In this document: positions 1 to 10,087 of the stretch, piece after piece
How the letters are laid out: each line of letters starts with the position of its first letter
How positions within the stretch are numbered: position 1 is the first letter of the stretch
Source of the DNA: Vitrella brassicaformis CCMP3155
Taxonomy: Eukaryota > Protista > Chromerida
Direction: 5' to 3'
Length of the DNA: 30,629 bases
NCBI GenBank assembly: GCA_001179505.1
Contig: CDMY01000686.1
Span: 1 to 30,629 of the forward strand
The notes under the pieces: model-generated
Database searches by the model: none
Told to the model about the DNA's origin: nothing
What the model saw: only the letters and a program-made list of their open reading frames with translations
Program-made: the position numbers and the translations under genes

Positions 1-1
1 G

Positions 2-922
2 TCGCCAGTAGTTGCCGCTCTGTCTGTTGGTGTTGCTCGGCTGGTTCCTCCATCCATTGCCATTGTTCCTGTTGGTGTTGTTGTATCTGTTGTCAGGTCG
101 TCTGTCAGTCCATCCCTTCCTCTCATCATCATGCTGACTACGCTGGTCTTGACGGTCATGTTGTCTTCCGGATGGACGGCCCCTCTGCTGATGTTGACGG
201 TCTCGTTGCTCTCTTCGCAGCTGTTTCATGCGGTCATTCGCGTTACGAAGAGCTTCTTCAAATTGCGGCCACGTCAGTGCTTCTCCACGATACGCGCGGG
301 ATGCTGACTCATGCGCCATGGTTGCCTTGAACATGTCGAATCTCTCAGGCAATGCCGATAGCATGACGGCGATCATCGTCTCGTCTGGCACTGTTGATCC
401 GACTTCATGAAGGCGGCTGACGAGATAGCTGAAGTCGCCAAGGGCGTCGTCAAGATCGTCCTTGATCATCTTCCAGCTGAAGAATCGCTGCAAGAGCTCG
501 TGCTTGCATACGATACGATCAGGTATGAACCGCTTCCGCAGTTCTAGATACGCCCATGCACCATTCTCGCCGTGCTTCTGGTATGCTTCTTGAATCAGTC
601 GCTTGGCCTTGTCTGCTGTCTGCAGGGCGAGGAAGCCGAACAGCCATCGGAGGTTCTTGGCGTTGGAGCTCTCCTGCTCAATCAGGATTGGCTGTCCCTG
701 CTGGTTCACCACGGGCTGACTACTGCCATCCATCTGTGGCACCGCTATCTTCATCGGCGGGACGTCCTCATCCTTAGTAGGTAGATAGACTTTCACATCC
801 ATCTCTCTTGCTGCTAAGTAGGCTCTGAGAGTAAAGTCCCATTCGCGCCACTTGATGTCGTTCTCGCCACTCCTGCCGGTAAAGACGGGGAAGGTGGCCT
901 TTGTCTCGAGATTGAGTGTCAT
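2..922 (-). CDS. gag: Ty1/copia Gag (UBN2/Retrotran_gag_2-like), intronless, open at window edge
   Basis: Manual translation with no stop for 307 codons: MTLNLETKATFPVFTGRSGENDIKWREWDFTLRAYL...NGAWAYLELRKRF...LLQRFFSWKMIKDDLDDALGDFSYLVSRLHEVGSTVPDETMIAVMLSALPERFDMFKATM..., then an R/N/Q/G-rich linker. The pattern matches copia Gag. It is absent from the ORF track because it has no stop codon in the window. Confidence 0.85.
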   Translation of the reverse strand, partial: MTLNLETKATFPVFTGRSGENDIKWREWDFTLRAYLAAREMDVKVYLPTKDEDVPPMKIAVPQMDGSSQPVVNQQGQPILIEQESSNAKNLRWLFGFLALQTADKAKRLIQEAYQKHGENGAWAYLELRKRFIPDRIVCKHELLQRFFSWKMIKDDLDDALGDFSYLVSRLHEVGSTVPDETMIAVMLSALPERFDMFKATMAHESASRAYRGEALTWPQFEEALRNANDRMKQLRREQRDRQHQQRGRPSGRQHDRQDQRSQHDDERKGWTDRRPDNRYNNTNRNNGNGWRNQPSNTNRQSGNYWR

Positions 923-1016
923 CTCTGCTGTCTGCTTTGTTGATGTTGTTGTTGTCTTTCTTCAAGTACTGCTAGTAGTTGACTGCTGCTGATACTGCGC
1001 AAGACACTGATAGACC

Positions 1017-1343
1017 TGTTAGGATCTGTCAGTCAGCTGGCGAAGACTTCGGCTCAGATAAGCAAGAACCAAGTTGCTGCGCCCATGTGCGAAAAGGCCG
1101 GTGAGGACCTTTCCTGTAGTTAGCTGAATAGAGGATCTGCTGGGCGGTAAGTCCCAGAGTAAGAGTGCTTTTACTTTAATAAGACCGATGGACTGGCCAA
1201 TCAGTCAAAGTTGTTTCTGTCCATGTATGGCATCATGAAGGATGGTCAATACAGATCTCACTTCGGTGATGGCTGATAAGATCGTGCCTCCTCAGAATGC
1301 TTTCCTTGTCTTTCCTTGTCTTCTCCTCTCTCCACCCGTTACA
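1017..1343 (-). repeat. Candidate 5' LTR (~327 bp)
   Basis: On - strand it begins TGTAACGGG and ends CCTAACA (TG...CA), contains ATTAAA, and ends ~95 nt upstream of the gag ATG. The second LTR is not in the window, so the boundaries are unconfirmed. Confidence 0.55.
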
Positions 1344-1530
1344 CAGCAATATACCCTAGCTCACAAGCTCGCAGTGGTTCGTCTTGCCAAGCTGGCAATC
1401 CTGACAACGAAGCCGAAATCACAGCAGCACATGAGAAATCAGTGCAAATCACGATTTGGCTGGAATCCATTACCAACGCCAGTCGCAGCTAACGCTTTCA
1501 ATTTCTGATTCGATTCCAGGTGCTGAACAA

Positions 1531-1552
1531 TAGAAATCAGCGCTGATTTCTA
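1531..1552. promoter_or_regulatory. Perfect 22-bp palindrome, possible regulatory site
   Basis: TAGAAATCAGCGCTGATTTCTA is its own reverse complement and lies 160 bp upstream of ATG 1713. Function is inferred only. Confidence 0.35.
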
Positions 1553-1712
1553 CAGAGTGAGTTCCCGTGGGACACGAACCGGTCTGAGCCGGAAGGCGTG
1601 TCCTTCACCGGGGACCCTGCTCATTGCGCGAAACGCATCTTACCTGACAAGCTCGCACTTTCCCCGCCGCCGCGACCCTCTCCCCTCTTCCCTTTCTTTC
1701 TTCTTTCCCGAG

Positions 1713-2646
1713 ATGCTGTCGGCTCGAAATCGCCAAATTGCACTGCCACTGGCACGCCGTTTCTCGACTGCTTCAACCTCCAATCCAAACATCAGCTTCT
1801 TCCGGCGGTAAGAGGGGATGCAAGAACATAGGCAAGAACGCACGGACGGGGTCTGTCAATGGGGTGCGTTTGTGTTTCAGGCCAACAGTTTTGCTCGGGA
1901 CGGGGCTGGTGGGTGGTGTGTTGATGCAGGTGCGGCCCTCCACTCACACGTGTTCACACCAGCCAGCTGCTGCTCGTATGATTGGTTTATGCAGACGTAC
2001 TACGGGACAGCGGACGACTTCTTTTCAGGCAAGTACCGCACCAACGCCGACCCCGACGCCCTGCTGGAGTTCTACCAGGCCGAGGAGCTGCTCAAGATAT
2101 TCGCGTTCCAGCAGTTTCTCGGGCCGATCTTCTTCAAGTTTGTGATGGACGGCATTACGGTGGAGGATCACATCCCCGGGCCCCCCGGCAAGTGGGACGC
2201 CCGCATGAAGAGCCTGAACCTGGGCATGGAGGTGGAGTTCAAGCTCACGGAGAAGGAGATGGTGACGGAGGAGGGCCACAAGGTGCTGGGCTCCTTCGTG
2301 CGGCACGAGCGCTTCAAGAACTTCATCCCTTACACCCCCATCCTGGTTCGTAGCATGAATGAATGAACACAACACCATGCGACCTATCAAGAGTGCATTT
2401 GTGTACGTGGGCGTGTGTGTGTCATGCTGTCTTTCGATCCATCAGCTGTGGGATCAGACCTGGGACTACGGTTTCAAGCGGATGCCGGACGGGAGCTACG
2501 AGTGTTTCCATAAGGGCAGACGGTTCTACGGCCCCTTCTTCATGCGGCTCGCCGTGTGGGCCCACCAGACGATCGTCCTCTACCTGTGCAAGAAATACGT
2601 CAACAGCGCGACCTTCGGCGAAGAAGAGGCCGACGACGACGAGTGA
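1713..2646 (+). CDS. Hypothetical 231-aa protein, predicted mitochondrial presequence plus hydrophobic anchor; exons 1713-1807, 1881-1929, 1995-2345, 2446-2646
   Basis: GT-AG introns with compatible phases give MLSARNRQIALPLARRFSTASTSNPNISFFRRPTVLLGTGLVGGVLMQTYYGTADDFFSGKYRTNADPDALLEFYQAEELLKIF...LWDQTWDYGFKRMPDGSYECFH...DDDE*. Exons 3-4 show strong GC3 bias. Confidence 0.85.
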
Positions 2647-4360
2647 CGAGACAGACAGTCCCGCCGCCAAAGGATCAGACTGCCTGTAGGCTCTGGTGTG
2701 TGCACATGTCGGTGCTTGTGCGCGTGTGCGTGTCAGTGCGTGATCCTTCGACTGATTCTTGTGACTGGCTGACTGACTGAATCGCTGTAAAAAGGGATTT
2801 TGCTACGAAGGATTGTTGACTGACCCTACATGCTGACGGTGGGGTTTTTGACTCGCCTGGCCGGGTGAGAGGGGACTGACTTGTCTCGACGCTGGGGTGG
2901 GATTCTCTAATACCTTCAGACGGCGGCGACGTTTAGGCACTCTGACTCAGGCACACTGAAAATGACCTTCTGCCACGACATCTGCATCACATGAATGCAC
3001 GCGCGTCCATCGGGGCCATAAGGTTGCGGCTACTGTCGACATGTCGAAACAAGTATTGACTCAGCGTTAGTCTGCAGCCTCACGGCTGCAGGGCACTTGA
3101 CGGCAGTCTCGCGGTTGAAGACGAATATCCAGCCCCTGTCACGATATCTGCAGACGAGGGCTTCCCACCGGCCGCGAGGGGCGGATGCTTATGCCCGTTG
3201 AATTACAGCTTTCTTGCCATATTCAATGGCATGTTCTTTTCTCGCAGACCAATGTCCTTCACACATCGAACTGGATGATACTCGTTTGTACTGTCCACAC
3301 AGTCCATTTGCCTTCACACACACTTACACACATACACGCACGCACACATAAGACAGACATAAGATTACACACAGCACATGGAGACATGCATACATAATTC
3401 ATACAGACAAACAGCCAGACAGTGTGTGTCGGCAGAGGCACGACATTCATTCACAGAGACAGACAGTCGGGGATGGTACATACATAAACCAATCAATTAA
3501 TCAACTATTTTCCAGGATTTCCCGTGTCTCGGTGATGTGCCGAGCGCGATTTCCAGCACCAAAAATCGCCATTTTCCACGGGAGAAAACCGGAGGGCTTC
3601 GCCCCTCACACCCCCCCATCTCCTTTTTCAAGAAGTCCCAAACCCTCGACAAATCGAAGGAGTTTTTTCAAAAGTTCGCATATTAAAACAAAGAGAAGGG
3701 AGCAATTTTAAAATGTTGCAAATTCAAGGGAGGAGGCTTGCACGGGGTGTGAGAAGCACTGCCACCATGAGTCCATGACGGCCACCTATAGCTCTTCACG
3801 AGAAGACAAAGTATGATGACTCGTTATTTCACGGCAAATGCTGCTCGTTGCCTGTTTGCCTCGCTGCTTCTGTTCCGTTTCAGCGGTCCGGATCTCGGCA
3901 GTTTGTGGGTGTTTGGAAATGAGGTTTGGTTCACAGTGATCAGCGACGCACGGTGGATCACATGGCACACACAGGGACTAGAGTTTTCATTGAGATAGTG
4001 CGTGTGATGGCCTTGTATGCGCTCTCAACGACCTCACCCGCACCGAGGAGATTGAAGCGTGGAATTCATGCGCCTTAGTGGTCAGGTAAGGTCGTCGCCG
4101 ACTCATGCACCCTTGTCGCACGGACGGAAATGCGGATTGTACGCAAACTGATTGATGCCAATTGCTTGGATTGGCTGCCTACGTGCGTCTCCTCACTTCG
4201 CCACGTTCTGTGCTGTTCAGGCTGTCAGTCCAGATGTGGGTGTCATGCACGACTGGGGGGCGTCTCGTTTGGTCGCAGATTCCTCTTTGCTCGTGTCCGT
4301 TTGTGGCGTCGTATCAATCCATCCAGACGTGGTGTCTCTGACCGGCCGTCTCTCTCCATC

Positions 4361-4380
4361 CTCTCTCTCTCTCTCTCTCT
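4361..4380. repeat. (CT)10 microsatellite
   Basis: Direct reading. Confidence 0.9.
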
Positions 4381-4635
4381 GTCTCCCTTTGTCTCTCCCC
4401 TCTGGCTTTCGCTACGCCACTGGCTCTTGCTCTGGCTCTCACTCACTCGCACCACTAAAACCGCTTTCTTCTGCGTTGATGAGGCCCCGCCCACTACACT
4501 GCACTACACTAAAGGCCCCTCAATGTATGTATGCATGTGTGCATGAATCTCTCTTCTGCATCGTTTCTCTCGTTTGCCCGTCTGTCTTGTCAAGTGGTAT
4601 CTGTCTGTCTGTCTGTCTGCCTGTCTGTCTGCATG

Positions 4636-6875
4636 TCACACGGTCGTCTCTAGGTCAGTGACGACCTCTTTGTTCGGCGATCGACTGCCAGTGACGGCCT
4701 TTTTCTTCGGCGATCGACTGCGACTGCTAGATCTGCTCCTGTCTGTGGTGCTGCCGACGCTCTCTCTCTTCGGCGATCGACTGCGACTGCTGGATCTGCT
4801 CCTCTCTGTGGCGCTGTCGCCAGAGGATTTGGCTTTCTTGCGGCCTTCTCGGGTGGGCGACCTTGTCACCCATATTGCGGCGGTCGTGTTGGTGTCCGCC
4901 ACCTTGGTATTGCTCCACACATGTCTCAGCTGATTTTGCACACATACGAATGGACAATCGGCAACCCGAAAACTCCCTCACTGGCTCACCCATGTGCGGT
5001 CTTCCTGTTCGAAGAAGACGGCCCGCACCCATGTGCGCGCAGTCACTTCGGCCTCTTGCAAGCTCTGAAAGGGTTAAGCACGCACGCCCAGGATTGTTTG
5101 TTGTTGTAAGAAGTACATATCTTCTGCATGTATGAGTACCAGCAGTCTTGCGACTTGGTCGGTGATTGAGGCTTTGTTTTTGATGGGCGCCTCGGAGATC
5201 ATTGTGAGCAGGACTTTGAGCTTCTGTTTGAGCGCTATCTGCTGCTTGTTCATCCAGGTCTCGTATTCGGTGAGTCTACTGCTCGCATCCTCCTTGTCTT
5301 TGGAAAAGTACTGTTCGAAGATGCCCTTGTATGCCTGGTCAGCCGGAGGCCGAGAGCGGCGCACGACCTCACAATCGCGGTGGACTTCTTGCACTTGGTG
5401 CACTTGGTGTCGCTCCAGTTGTCCTGCTGCTCTTGGAGAAGTTCTATGTCGTTGTCGAGTCGTAGCTGCTGGTTGCGGGCGTAGGTCACGAGTTTGTTTT
5501 CGGCATCCAGATCGCTTGTAATCTCATCAGTGTCAAAATCCTGCAGAAGAAACAAGACGGACCGAGGCAGAATGTTATATTAGCGTGTGTGTGCAGTAAA
5601 GAGCAGGCCACGGAAGCCAAGCAGGTCAAGAATATGTGGATACGTTAGCACTCCGCTGCATATACTGACTTCGAGAGTCGTACGCAAGGGAGTCAGTTCG
5701 AAGTTGGGGCAGTCGCGAGACAGGAATTGGAGGTCAGAAGAGAAGAGGTCTTCCATACTCATGCTCTTGAGGGAATCGAGATGGAACCCCTGAGGGAATG
5801 AGTCGCCTGCACATACAATGGAACACACAAGCTGTGTGTTGTAACAGATGTCCTTTTTGTCCCCACCTGACTCGCCCTGAGAGGACAAGGAAGATGGCCA
5901 TAGAAACGGAAATAAACAGCAGTATCTGGCTGAGTACTTCTTTCATTGGTCTTCCACTCTCTCATTTACCTCATGGTGATCTGAACATACACATCATGCA
6001 CAGATGAGCTGACAAATGAGAATATGGTGGAGGCATGTATACCGTCCAAGTGCATCCTTGATTGAAGTTCCATGCCTTGCCATCTGGCACACAAAGGAGT
6101 ATAGAAAGGGAGACAGCCAAGGGAGACATTTCTCGACAGGTCTATGAAGAGAAAACTTTCTGTACTGCCATATAGGTGCTGTGGTATAATCATGGTCATG
6201 GTCATGACCTATGAGCAGACAAATGAGAATGTCAGACAAATGAGAATGTGGTGGAGACATACATACCGCCGCTCGCGTGGACCAGTGCATGAATCAGCAT
6301 GTCCTGATATCTGGCACACAAAGGATGATAGCAAAGGGAAACAGCCAAGGGAGAGAGGGACAGAGGGAGGGAGAGATATTTCTCGACAGGTCTATGGAGT
6401 GTGTGTGTCTACATTGGATGATCGTGGTCATGTCCTGCTCCTCCGTGTCCTCCATGGCCGCCGTGCCCTCCATGCCCGCCGTGCCCTTCATGGTGCTTCT
6501 CTCCGGGGGGGTAGTCATGGTGCTCCTCTTCTGCGTGTGTGTCGTGGTCGTACAAGTCCTGGAATTGGGAAAGGACACGTGCGCAGAACACATATACACG
6601 TGCAGTTGTGGTATGACGCTTGTGTGAGTGTCACCCACCTCTTCATGATGCGGCTCGCCGGGGGGGTGGTCATGATGAGGCTCGTGATGAGTGTCGACGT
6701 GATGAGGCTTGTGGTCGGCATGGATGTCTCCCTCATGTGCGTGTTCTGCTCCCTCGTGGCCGACATGAGTGTCGCAAGCATGGGCTGCTTCTTCATGTCC
6801 GTGTGGCGCGAAAATTTCTTGAACCATGTGGAACATTTCCCCCAGATGCCCGACCCAAAGGACTGTACCAAGGAC
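4636..6875 (-). CDS. Multi-exon orphan coding region: His-rich tract, acidic/helical middle, RS-like C-terminus (5' end probably further upstream)
   Basis: Exons flanked by GT/AG: 6875-6639 (VLGTVLW...HHDHPPGEPHHEE); 6558-~6412 (DLYDHDTHAEEEHHDYPPGEKHHEGHGGHGG...); several micro-exons; GFHLDSLKSMSMEDLF...; DFDTDEITSDLDAENKL...KCTKCKK; AYKGIFEQYF...; SLQEAEVTARTW...; LRHVW...RSRSSSRSRSPK...TTV* (stop 4636-4638). The micro-exon phases are not resolved. Confidence 0.6.
4671..4811 (-). repeat. 63-nt-period coding repeat encoding RSRSSSRSRSPK units
   Basis: TCTTCGGCGATCGACTGCGACTGCT(A/G)GATCTGCTCCT occurs at 4704 and 4767, with a partial third copy at 4671. Confidence 0.9.
6011..6396. repeat. Diverged tandem duplication of an intron-microexon-intron unit (6011-6146 vs 6235-6396)
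   Basis: Both copies share the blocks GACAAATGAGAAT(A/G)TGGTGGAG, ATCTGGCACACAAAGGA, ACAGCCAAGGGAGA and ATTTCTCGACAGGTCTATG. Confidence 0.85.
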
Positions 6876-9221
6876 CTGCAAAAGAAAGAAGGAAAAGAGA
6901 AATGCTTTAATCTCTCTCTCTCCCTCTCTGTGTCTCTTTGGGGTATCACCCTGACGGCGAACGAGCCCGCCTCCGCCCAAGCTTTCTGCACGGGAAGGCC
7001 AGAGACACGCCATACAGAGGTGGTCACTGAAGACACGTATAGTCAGGCATATACAAACTGCCTTGATTACCTTCATGCCGCTCATGTAAGACTCCACCTC
7101 GGTTGATTGAGCATTCGCACTGACCTCGACAACCCAAAGGGAACCTTCAAGTGTGATGGGAATGGAATTTGCCATCAGAGGCCTACCCGATCAAATCGCC
7201 CAGAGTGTCTTCCACACGTGACCGCGTTTTGGGACACTTTGAAAGGACCACTGAGTGCTGCATTCGAAATCAGAAGCAGCGCCGGACAGACTTCTAAGCA
7301 GTCATGTGTGTGTTTACCAGTCGGTGAGAGAAACAGAAGTATTGATTTGTTGAGTGAGATTGGACCAGAACGCCTTGTGCCAGGACAGGGACTTTCTTCA
7401 GGTCGTAAGCAGCTTGAACGAACGCTGTGGTGTCTGAAAGTAGTACGAATACAGTCACAGCAAGTATGAACAGATTTTTAGAGCTTGTGTTGTTTTGTTT
7501 CGTGTTGGGCGGACAGATCGTGCACTGGGCTAATTTGAATGGCGCAAATATCAAGAGAGATACTTCTGATCTAGACAGGATGGAGGGTTCTGTACTGAGC
7601 ATATGTCCCTTGATAGTTGGAATAGCAGCGCTTTTTCACTCTAAGTCTTTGGCATCTTTTTTCAGTTCTTTGGCCTTTGCGCCCTTGACAACGCTGCGGA
7701 CGACCGAAAACACTGCGTCGAACGTTTTGATGCGGTGGGCTGCACAAACCACAAACCACGAATCACTAATGGCTACCATCAAGGGGCTTTCGCACACATC
7801 CCTCACTTACACATTGTTTCGGAAATGGCTCTGATATAATTTGGCCTCTGGCGTGGAGATATGCACTCCAGATGAGCCGTCGAATTCTGGACCACTGCAA
7901 ATCAAATCGACAAACATCGAAAAAGTAAGTGGCAGCCACCTTTTGAGTCATTGACCAGCGGAGCGGAAATAGAAGCCGGCTGCAGAAAGGTTCACAGATT
8001 GCGACATTGCAGTGTGCCTGTGAGCTCTTTACCAGTGTCTCGATCGTAGTCAGTGTTCTTGGCCACCGTCTTGGACCAGCACACAATCGACGACAGAAGA
8101 GCTGACTGATCAAGTCCCCTTTCTTTAGCGTGCTCTGCAGCTCGGAAAGAGCAAAGCGAGAGTTATGTACATAATAGGATACGATCTGTCTCTCAATGTG
8201 CACACGGACCTATCACTGTAAAGTAAGCTCCACGAATTTTGCCTTCTAGCTCGCTAAGGGTCTCCGTCCTGCGCTTGTCTGCTGGCATTTTCTCCAACTT
8301 TTCAATGAGTGGCTTCCAAGCGTCAACAAGCCCTTGAGCACTCTGCAAAGCATGATAATCAGCGATTTCAGCTGGAATTTTCAATATGATGGAGATGAGC
8401 GAGATACCTGGAGAACGATTCCCCCCTTTGTTTTTTGCCACATTGTATCTGTCCCGGCCTCTGCAGCAAGCAGAACACACCATTGTTTCAAAAGTCAGTG
8501 ATTTGCTGCGTCGTCAAGTCTGTGTCTGTCTTTACTTGCTTTTGGATGCTGTCCGATCATTTGCACTTTTTAGGAGGCCTTTCACCTGCGAAAAACATAA
8601 CGTGCCAAAGTTGTGTCTAAGTTGGAATTTTTCACGCTGGTAGACGTGCCTCCTTGTGGGGAACGAAACACGTAGCACGGATGTTCCACGACGACTTCGG
8701 ATCGTAGCGCACGCCGACAGTGAGACCTGAAGAGATGAATAAAGGAAGCATATTGAAGCCCTTCTTGAAGCCCCTCTGTCCACATGCCTCTCTTTACCAT
8801 AGAACGATTTCTACTGAAATTGATTTGAGAGAAATGAGCAAGGAGGAAGAAGATTGCATTCAGCTTGGGCCTATATGAGTGTGCGTCTTTGTTTACTTGC
8901 ACTCCTTCCAAGGCACGTTCATTTATGTTCTTCTGCTTGCGCCAGACCCACCATTTGTATTCCTGCATAATCAATCCGGCCGACAACACCAAAGTGGAAG
9001 TGCTGATGATATGATAGCTGGTGATATGATAGCTAACTCACCCTCAGGGCAGCTGGGTCGTTTCGCCAGTCTAGACCGTATTTTTCCTGTCACAGACACA
9101 TCATCTTGGTCCGGAACATCTTCTCTCATTTAAGTGCATCTCTCATTTAAACGCACCACGAAATGTTTTTCCTTCCCTTTTCCCTTCTTCCATTTCTTGT
9201 AAATCTGACAATGTGGTTCAG
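6876..9221 (-). CDS. Downstream exons of the large orphan gene (3' of retroelement insertion); stop at 7636-7638 or spliced onward toward the His-rich exons
   Basis: A series of GT/AG-bounded open segments: IVRFTRNGRREKGRKNIS, EDVPDQDDVSVTGKIRSRLAKRPSCPE, EYKWWVWRKQKNINERALEGVQ, SAQGLVDAWKPLIEKLEKMPADKRRTETL, HRIKTFDAVFSVVRSVVKGAKAKELKKDAKDLE, DTTAFVQAAYDLKK, GSLWVVEVSANAQSTEVESYMSGMK, KAWAEAGSFAVR. Several junction phases are uncertain. Confidence 0.45.
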
Positions 9222-10077
9222 GGGGGAGAGATAATTGACAGATGGCATCCATGCACTCGCTTGTCCAAATCGCCTCCATGAATCTATCCACATATGCCTA
9301 TACACAAAGGGCACGCTCACTCATCCGATGAGCACACCCCAGCCCCGTCCATCGCCCCAACACCACGCCATGACTGCCTCCCGCCCCTCAAACACAGGCT
9401 AGCAGCCCGCACCAATGCAACAGACAAACGAGCACGCAGCCACCCATNNNNNNNNNNNNNNNNNNNNNNNNNNNNNNNNNNNNNNNNNNNNNNNNNNNNN
9501 NNNNNNNNNNNNNNNNNNNNNNNNNNNNNNNNNNNNNNNNNNNNNNNNNNNNNNNNNNNNNNNNNNNNNNNNNNNNNNNNNNNNNNNNNNNNNNNNNNNN
9601 NNNNNNNNNNNNNNNNNNNNNNNNNNNNNNNNNNNNNNNNNNNNNNNNNNNNNNNNNNNNNNNNNNNNNNNNNNNNNNNNNNNNNNNNNNNNNNNNNNNN
9701 NNNNNNNNNNNNNNNNNNNNNNNNNNNNNNNNNNNNNNNNNNNNNNNGGTTGGATGGGCGGTAGCCGTAGCGAACCGCCAGGCCGTCCCGAAAAGCATCG
9801 CCGCTGAGGTCGGTCTGGTCGCTGCACGACGGCATGGCCGTGAGCCACGCGTGCGTCTTGGCCTCCTGCGCGCGCCGAGCAGCTCGTTGGCGTCCTGGGG
9901 GAAGGCGGGCGACACCGTCGTCGAAGCGCTCCTTGGCCTGTGCGTCCGCCCGCCTCTTCCCCTCGTGAATGGCCGTGTGCATCTGAAGGCGGTGGATGGA
10001 CGGGTCGAAGGGCTGGTCTGGGTGGGTGCCATGCTGAATGGCGGTGGTGAGCACGTTGGTGCCCTGGACGGACGTCT
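9222..10077 (-). mobile_element. 5'-truncated CRE-like (restriction-like endonuclease class) non-LTR retrotransposon with 10-bp TSD
   Basis: It encodes ...RAQEAKTHAWLTAMPSCSDQTDLSGDAFRDGLAVRYGYRPSN [gap] GWLRARLSVALVRAASLCLRGGR...*, motifs typical of the post-RT C-terminus of CRE-clade elements. Its high GC contrasts with the flanks. TGTGGTTCAG occurs exactly at 9212-9221 and 10078-10087. The stop is at 9317-9319, with no poly(A) tail seen. Confidence 0.8.
9448..9747. other. Assembly gap (300 N)
   Basis: Run of N. The true length is unknown. Confidence 1.
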
Positions 10078-10087
10078 TGTGGTTCAG

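Larger units (their letters stand above)
1..1343 (-). mobile_element. Ty1/copia-type LTR retrotransposon, 5' portion (runs off left edge)
   Basis: Copia-like Gag ORF (922->2) lies downstream of a candidate LTR TGTAAC...CCTAACA. pol and the 3' LTR would lie outside the window. Confidence 0.8.

Noticed and set aside
2900-3720. Short open frames and an AT-rich stretch with GGGCTTCGCCCCTCACACCCCCC as a TE end or ncRNA
   Set aside because: No partner terminal repeat, cloverleaf or protein motif was found.
4130-4661. Several 80-170 aa ORFs
   Set aside because: They run through CT and GTCT microsatellites in the probable 3' UTR and give low-complexity translations.
6144-7106. 320-aa + strand ORF (longest in track)
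   Set aside because: It is the antisense shadow of the His-rich - strand exons; its Met/Val-rich translation results from reading CAT/CAC codons backwards.
8620-8720. GLTVGVRYDPKSSWNIRATCF as an ApiAP2 domain
   Set aside because: Only the GVxYD start resembles AP2. The downstream W/R/F pattern is missing and the frame is uncertain.
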